A DNA stretch of 64,000 nt, from assembly GCF_003334405.1 (NCBI RefSeq), contig NZ_QOWM01000007.1; one strand, written 5' to 3'. This DNA is from Escherichia coli. Lineage in GTDB: Bacteria > Pseudomonadota > Gammaproteobacteria > Enterobacterales > Enterobacteriaceae. How positions within the stretch are numbered: the stretch's first letter is position 1; each line of letters begins with the position of its first letter. The position numbers and the translations under genes are program-made. Below, piece by piece: positions 58,021 through 64,000 of this stretch. The notes beneath the pieces are model-generated. The model searched no databases. It worked only from the letters and a program-made list of their open reading frames with translations, and was not told the origin of the DNA.

Positions 58021-59565
58021 TTATTCCACGATGAACAGCGGCTTACCAGTCATCTCTTGCGGGATTTCCATACCCATCAGCGACAACATGGTCGGCGCGA
58101 TGTCAGAAAGTTTGCCGCCTGCAACCGCTTTCACGTTCTTATCACCAACGTAAATCAGCGGAACTGGCAGGTTGGTGTGTGCCGTGTGTGCCTGACCCGT
58201 TGCCGGATCGCGCATCTGTTCAGCGTTACCGTGGTCAGCGGTGATCAGCAGTTGTCCACCCACGGACTCAACCGCTTTCGCGACTTCTTCCACGCAGTGA
58301 TCCAGTGCTTCAACCGCTTTAACCGCCGCTTCCATCACCCCGGTGTGACCTACCATGTCGCCGTTCGGATAGTTACAGATAATGGTGTCGTATTTGCCGC
58401 TCTTGATGGCCGCAACCAGTTTTTCGGTCAGCTCTGCGGAGCTCATTTCCGGTTGCAGATCGTAGGTAGCCACTTTCGGTGAGTTGATCAGAATGCGATC
58501 TTCGCCTTTGAACGACTCTTCTACGCCACCGTTGAAGAAGAAAGTAACGTGGGCATATTTTTCGGTTTCGGAAATACGCAACTGAGTTTTGTCGTTTTTC
58601 GCCATCCACTCGCCGAAGGTGTTAACCAGGGAAGCGGGTGGGTAAGCAACCGCAGTTTTGATGTCAGCGGCGTATTCGGTCAGCATCACGAAATCGACGT
58701 TAACCACTTTCTTACGCGCGAAGCCGTCGAAATCTGCGTTTACGAATGCACGAGTGATTTCGCGCGCGCGGTCAGCACGGAAGTTCATGAAAATCAGCGC
58801 ATCGCCGTCTTCCATTGCCGCATCTGGCTGACCTTCTGCACGAATAACGGTCGCTTTCACGAACTCGTCGTTTTCGTCGCGAGCATAAGCTGCCTGCAAA
58901 CCAGCAACGGCAGTATCGGCCTGGAACTCACCCTGCGCTAGAGTCAGCAGGTCATAGGCTTTTTCAACGCGATCCCAACGGTTATCGCGGTCCATCGCGT
59001 AGTAACGACCAATGATGGACGCTACGCGGCCTTTACCCAGCGCAGCAAATTTCTCTTCAAATTTTTTCAGCGAGGATTCAGCACTGCGCGGCGGGGTGTC
59101 GCGACCGTCAAGGAATGCGTGCAGGTAGATTTTTTCTGCGCCGCGTTCAGCTGCCAGTTCTACCATCGCCATGATGTGATCTTCGTGGCTGTGTACGCCG
59201 CCTGCGGAGAGCAGACCCATAATGTGTACTGCTTTACCTGCGTTTTTCGCTTTATCTACCGCGCCAGTCAGCACTGGATTAGCAAAGAAAGCGCGATCTT
59301 TGATTTCAACGTCCAGACGAGTCAGGTCCTGATATACGATGCGGCCGGCACCCAGGTTAACGTGGCCTACTTCGGAGTTACCCATCTGACGGTCAGGCAG
59401 ACCGACTTCCAGACCGGAAGCGTCGATCAGGGTATGCGGACGATTGGCCCACAGTGCATCCATTACCGGGGTTTTAGCACTAAAAATGGCGTTATCCTGC
59501 TGTTCTTCACGATAGCCATAGCCATCCAGAATCACCAGTACCATAGGTTTTTTAGAAACCGACAT
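58021..59565 (-). CDS. gpmI: 2,3-bisphosphoglycerate-independent phosphoglycerate mutase
   Basis: 514-aa product from [20 protein letters not shown]; ORF track extends 48 codons upstream. Confidence 0.95.
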
Positions 59566-59809
59566 TGCGACAACCTCATACTCAAGAGTCAAAATTTGCG
59601 TAATTTTACTACAGCTGAATCGATAAAATAGCCTCTGAAGATCAAAATATACGACCGCTCGCGGCAAGCCGATGCCAGATTTGCGCTTTTTTTTCGTCGT
59701 GCCCCGCAAAATTGCATTCCAGTTAACGCGCTGGCTGTATTTGCCGCACCGCGCAGGTATACTCCTTTCCTGGTTTTTTTAATCACTACGTCGGGAGTTG
59801 TTACCCCCC

Positions 59810-60241
59810 ATGCAAGAAATTATGCAATTTGTTGGCCGTCATCCCATACTGAGTATCGCCTGGATCGCGTTACTGGTGGCGGTTCTTGTGACTACGTTTA
59901 AGAGCCTGACCTCGAAAGTGAAGGTGATTACTCGTGGTGAAGCTACGCGTCTGATCAACAAAGAAGACGCTGTGGTTGTGGATTTACGTCAGCGTGATGA
60001 CTTCCGTAAAGGCCATATCGCAGGTTCTATCAATCTGTTGCCGAGCGAAATCAAAGCCAACAATGTTGGTGAGCTTGAGAAGCACAAAGACAAACCGGTT
60101 ATCGTGGTAGACGGTTCTGGCATGCAGTGCCAGGAGCCTGCAAACGCGCTGACGAAAGCTGGTTTTGCGCAAGTATTCGTGCTGAAAGAGGGCGTTGCTG
60201 GCTGGGCTGGCGAAAACTTGCCTCTGGTGCGCGGCAAATAA
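59810..60241 (+). CDS. yibN: rhodanese-domain inner-membrane protein YibN
   Basis: 143-aa product from [12 protein letters not shown]; rhodanese fold. Confidence 0.88.
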
Positions 60242-60382
60242 TTTACCTGTCGTCTTTCATGATGCAGGCCGTTAGCTGCAATTAGGCCCCCAGCGACTTA
60301 TTGTTATAAGCTTCTGGGGACACTCCATTTTGCAGCCGCCCTGCAACATGAAATTTCAGGGTAAAAAAACAGGAGCTAAATT

Positions 60383-60634
60383 ATGGCCAATGTTGAAATC
60401 TATACCAAAGAAACCTGCCCGTATTGCCATCGTGCAAAAGCACTGCTGAGCAGCAAGGGCGTGAGTTTTCAGGAGTTGCCGATCGATGGCAATGCCGCCA
60501 AGCGTGAAGAGATGATCAAACGCAGCGGTCGCACCACGGTTCCCCAGATTTTTATTGACGCACAGCACATTGGCGGCTGTGATGACTTGTATGCATTGGA
60601 TGCACGTGGTGGACTGGATCCCCTGCTGAAATAA
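60383..60634 (+). CDS. grxC: glutaredoxin 3
   Basis: 83-aa ORF with CPYC active site. Confidence 0.96.
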
Positions 60635-60696
60635 CGTGTGAACGTTGGCATTACATTGCGCAGTATTTAAGGACAACACTTAAGGGTTTTCTACAC

Positions 60697-61164
60697 ATGT
60701 CAGAACAAAACAACACTGAAATGACTTTCCAGATCCAACGTATTTATACCAAGGATATCTCTTTCGAAGCGCCGAACGCGCCGCACGTTTTCCAGAAAGA
60801 TTGGCAACCAGAAGTTAAACTTGATCTGGATACGGCATCTTCCCAACTGGCAGATGACGTATACGAAGTGGTACTGCGTGTTACCGTAACGGCCTCCCTG
60901 GGCGAAGAAACCGCGTTCCTGTGTGAAGTTCAGCAGGGCGGTATTTTCTCCATCGCGGGTATCGAAGGCACCCAGATGGCACATTGCCTGGGCGCATACT
61001 GCCCGAACATTCTGTTCCCGTATGCTCGTGAGTGCATCACCAGCATGGTATCCCGCGGTACATTCCCGCAACTGAACCTTGCGCCGGTTAACTTCGATGC
61101 GCTGTTCATGAACTATTTGCAGCAGCAGGCTGGCGAAGGTACTGAAGAACATCAGGATGCCTGA
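60697..61164 (+). CDS. secB: protein-export chaperone SecB
   Basis: 155-aa [32 protein letters not shown]. Confidence 0.97.
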
Positions 61165-62183
61165 TGAACCAACGTAATGCTTCAATGACTGTGATCGGTG
61201 CCGGCTCGTACGGCACCGCTCTTGCCATTACCCTGGCAAGAAATGGCCACGAGGTTGTCCTCTGGGGCCATGACCCTGAACATATCGCAACGCTTGAACG
61301 CGACCGCTGTAACGCCGCGTTTCTCCCCGATGTGCCTTTTCCCGATACGCTCCATCTTGAAAGCGATCTCGCCACTGCGCTGGCAGCCAGCCGTAATATT
61401 CTCGTCGTCGTACCCAGCCATGTCTTTGGTGAAGTGCTGCGCCAGATTAAACCGCTGATGCGTCCTGATGCGCGTCTGGTGTGGGCGACCAAAGGGCTGG
61501 AAGCGGAAACCGGGCGTCTGTTACAGGACGTGGCCCGCGAGGCGTTAGGCGATCAAATTCCGCTGGCGGTTATCTCTGGCCCAACGTTTGCGAAAGAACT
61601 GGCGGCAGGTTTACCGACAGCTATTTCGCTGGCCTCGACCGATCAGACCTTTGCTGATGATCTTCAGCAGCTGCTGCACTGCGGCAAAAGTTTCCGCGTT
61701 TACAGTAACCCGGATTTCATTGGCGTGCAGCTTGGCGGCGCGGTGAAAAACGTCATTGCCATTGGTGCGGGGATGTCCGACGGTATCGGTTTTGGTGCGA
61801 ATGCGCGTACGGCGCTGATCACCCGTGGGCTGGCTGAAATGTCGCGTCTTGGCGCGGCGCTGGGTGCCGATCCTGCCACCTTTATGGGCATGGCGGGGCT
61901 GGGGGATCTGGTGCTTACCTGTACCGACAACCAGTCGCGTAACCGCCGTTTTGGCATGATGCTCGGTCAGGGCATGGATGTACAAAGCGCGCAGGAGAAG
62001 ATTGGTCAGGTGGTGGAAGGCTACCGCAATACGAAAGAAGTCCGCGAACTGGCGCATCGCTTCGGCGTTGAAATGCCAATAACCGAGGAAATTTATCAAG
62101 TATTATATTGCGGAAAAAACGCGCGCGAGGCAGCATTGACGTTATTAGGTCGTGCACGCAAGGACGAGCGCAGCAGCCACTAA
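61164..62183 (+). CDS. gpsA: NAD(P)H-dependent glycerol-3-phosphate dehydrogenase
   Basis: 339-aa ORF with [13 protein letters not shown]-binding motif; start overlaps the secB stop. Confidence 0.96.
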   Translation: MNQRNASMTVIGAGSYGTALAITLARNGHEVVLWGHDPEHIATLERDRCNAAFLPDVPFPDTLHLESDLATALAASRNILVVVPSHVFGEVLRQIKPLMRPDARLVWATKGLEAETGRLLQDVAREALGDQIPLAVISGPTFAKELAAGLPTAISLASTDQTFADDLQQLLHCGKSFRVYSNPDFIGVQLGGAVKNVIAIGAGMSDGIGFGANARTALITRGLAEMSRLGAALGADPATFMGMAGLGDLVLTCTDNQSRNRRFGMMLGQGMDVQSAQEKIGQVVEGYRNTKEVRELAHRFGVEMPITEEIYQVLYCGKNAREAALTLLGRARKDERSSH

Positions 62184-62262
62184 CCTCAGGGAACCTTTGT
62201 TACCGCTATGACCCGGCCCGCGCAGAACGGGCCGGTCATTATCTCATCGTGTGGAGTAAGCA

Positions 62263-63084
62263 ATGTCGTGTGAAGAACTGGAAATTGTCTGGAACAATAT
62301 TAAAGCCGAAGCCAGAACGCTGGCGGACTGTGAGCCAATGCTGGCCAGTTTTTACCACGCGACGCTACTCAAACACGAAAACCTTGGCAGTGCACTGAGC
62401 TACATGCTGGCGAACAAGCTGTCATCGCCAATTATGCCTGCTATTGCTATCCGTGAAGTGGTGGAAGAAGCCTACGCCGCTGACCCGGAAATGATCGCCT
62501 CTGCGGCCTGTGATATTCAGGCGGTGCGTACCCGCGACCCGGCAGTCGATAAATACTCAACCCCGTTGTTATACCTGAAGGGTTTTCATGCCTTGCAGGC
62601 CTATCGCATCGGTCACTGGTTGTGGAATCAGGGGCGTCGCGCACTGGCAATCTTTCTGCAAAACCAGGTTTCTGTGACGTTCCAGGTCGATATTCACCCG
62701 GCAGCAAAAATTGGTCGCGGTATCATGCTTGACCACGCGACAGGCATCGTCGTTGGTGAAACGGCGGTGATTGAAAACGACGTATCGATTCTGCAATCTG
62801 TGACGCTTGGCGGTACGGGTAAATCTGGTGGTGACCGTCACCCGAAAATTCGTGAAGGTGTGATGATTGGCGCGGGCGCGAAAATCCTCGGCAATATTGA
62901 AGTTGGGCGCGGCGCGAAGATTGGCGCAGGTTCCGTGGTGCTGCAACCGGTGCCGCCGCATACCACCGCCGCTGGCGTTCCGGCTCGTATTGTCGGTAAA
63001 CCAGACAGCGATAAGCCATCAATGGATATGGACCAGCATTTCAACGGTATTAACCATACATTTGAGTATGGGGATGGGATCTAA
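62263..63084 (+). CDS. cysE: serine O-acetyltransferase
   Basis: 273-aa ORF with C-terminal hexapeptide repeats. Confidence 0.96.
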   Translation: MSCEELEIVWNNIKAEARTLADCEPMLASFYHATLLKHENLGSALSYMLANKLSSPIMPAIAIREVVEEAYAADPEMIASAACDIQAVRTRDPAVDKYSTPLLYLKGFHALQAYRIGHWLWNQGRRALAIFLQNQVSVTFQVDIHPAAKIGRGIMLDHATGIVVGETAVIENDVSILQSVTLGGTGKSGGDRHPKIREGVMIGAGAKILGNIEVGRGAKIGAGSVVLQPVPPHTTAAGVPARIVGKPDSDKPSMDMDQHFNGINHTFEYGDGI

Positions 63085-63096
63085 TGTCCTGTGATC

Positions 63097-63133
63097 GTGC
63101 CGGATGCGATGTAATCATCTATCCGGCCTACAG
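63097..63133. repeat. REP element between convergent cysE and trmL
   Basis: gtgccggatgcgatgtaatcatctatccggcctaca matches the REP consensus (GCCGGATGCG ... ATCCGGCCTACA). Confidence 0.7.
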
Positions 63134-63136
63134 TAA

Positions 63137-63610
63137 CTAATCTCTCAATACCGCTCCCGGATACCCCAACTGCCGCCAGGCTTCATACACCACTACCGAC
63201 ACCGCATTGGACAGATTCATGCTGCGGCTGTCCGGCACCATCGGAATGCGAATTTTTTGTTCAGCGGGCAGGGCATCAAGAATGCTCGCTGGCAGGCCGC
63301 GTGTTTCCGGGCCGAACATCAGATAATCGCCATCCTGATAGCTTACGGCGCTGTGAGCAGGTGTACCTTTCGTGGTGAGGGCGAACAGGCGCTGGGGATT
63401 TTCTGCTTCGAGGAACGCGCGATAGTCATGATGACGCGTAACGGCGGTAAACTCGTGATAGTCCAGCCCCGCGCGGCGCAGGCGCTTATCGTCCCAGGCA
63501 AATCCCATCGGTTCGATGATATGCAGACGAAAGCCGGTATTAGCGCAAAGACGGATGATGTTGCCAGTATTTGGCGGAATTTCTGGTTCGTAAAGTACGA
63601 TGTTTAGCAT
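63137..63610 (-). CDS. trmL: tRNA (cytidine34/5-carboxymethylaminomethyluridine34-2'-O)-methyltransferase
   Basis: 157-aa SPOUT-family ORF starting [27 protein letters not shown]. Confidence 0.93.
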   Translation of the reverse strand: MLNIVLYEPEIPPNTGNIIRLCANTGFRLHIIEPMGFAWDDKRLRRAGLDYHEFTAVTRHHDYRAFLEAENPQRLFALTTKGTPAHSAVSYQDGDYLMFGPETRGLPASILDALPAEQKIRIPMVPDSRSMNLSNAVSVVVYEAWRQLGYPGAVLRD

Positions 63611-63667
63611 ACTGCCCCCTTAGTGCGGGGGCAGGATAGCAGAAAATTGGTGAGCAGTGCGGCCTTT

Positions 63668-63799
63668 TCCCCTCACCCCGGCCCTCTCCCCGGAGGGGCG
63701 AGGGAGAAAAAAAGAGTGCGGTGTCGTTTCAGAGTGAGGGAGTACATACAGCGCCGAACGGTCCCCTCTCCCTGAGGGAGAGGGTTAGGGTGAGGGGGC
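63668..63799. repeat. GC-rich compound imperfect palindrome (CCCTCACCC / CCCTCTCCC units)
   Basis: cccctcaccccggccctctccccggaggggcgagggag ... tcccctctccctgagggagagggttagggtgaggggg; the two blocks are inverted relative to each other and each is internally palindromic; lies between trmL and lldD. Confidence 0.6.
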
Positions 63800-63807
63800 G
63801 CAAACGA

Positions 63808-64000
63808 CTATGCCGCATTCCCTTTCGCCATGGGAGCCAGTGCCGCAGGCAACTCTTTACCCAGCCCCTGCACCAGCGAATCTTGCGTAATTTCGCTGAT
63901 CGATTTCGCGCCAGTCAGCGTCATCGCCACTTTCATCTCTTTTTCGATCAGATTTAGCAGGTTAGCTACACCCGCCTGGCCCGCTGTTGCCAGCGCATAC
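63808..64000 (-). CDS. lldD: L-lactate dehydrogenase (FMN-dependent), 3' end only, truncated by the window edge
   Basis: Minus-strand translation ends ...[53 protein letters not shown]-stop, the LldD C-terminus. Confidence 0.85.

Noticed and set aside
63668-63799. Possible CRISPR array
   Set aside because: The repeats are inverted rather than direct, there are only two blocks, spacing is irregular and no cas genes are nearby.

Overview
This window is an Escherichia coli chromosomal segment (roughly the 81-82 min region), in reverse orientation relative to K-12 numbering. It is dense, syntenic core genome: ade/adeQ, nepI, nlpA, setC, tRNA-Sec (selC), yicJ-yicI, xanP, gltS, recG-trmH-spoT-rpoZ-gmk, ligB, dinD, yicC, rph-pyrE, slmA, dut-coaBC, radC, rpmB-rpmG, mutM, coaD-waaA, the complete waa LPS-core cluster, hldD, kbl-tdh, waaH, yibQ, envC, gpmI, yibN-grxC-secB-gpsA, cysE, trmL and the 3' end of lldD. 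Gene names come from my own recognition of the translated ORFs against remembered E. coli proteins; no database search was run. I find no strong evidence for a novel multi-gene system: every intergenic gap is under about 650 bp and there is no integrase, transposase, CRISPR array or orphan operon. The strain is not K-12 MG1655: rph is intact, and the outer-core waa operon carries three GT8 glycosyltransferases plus waaB and a GT4 waaK-like gene (R2/Salmonella-like) rather than the K-12 waaS/waaU set. The most notable local features are an ERIC/IRU element between hldD and waaF that rewrites the HldD C-terminus and carries the waaF ribosome-binding site, ERIC-related palindromes elsewhere, an unoccupied selC island-integration site, and a GC-rich palindromic repeat between trmL and lldD.
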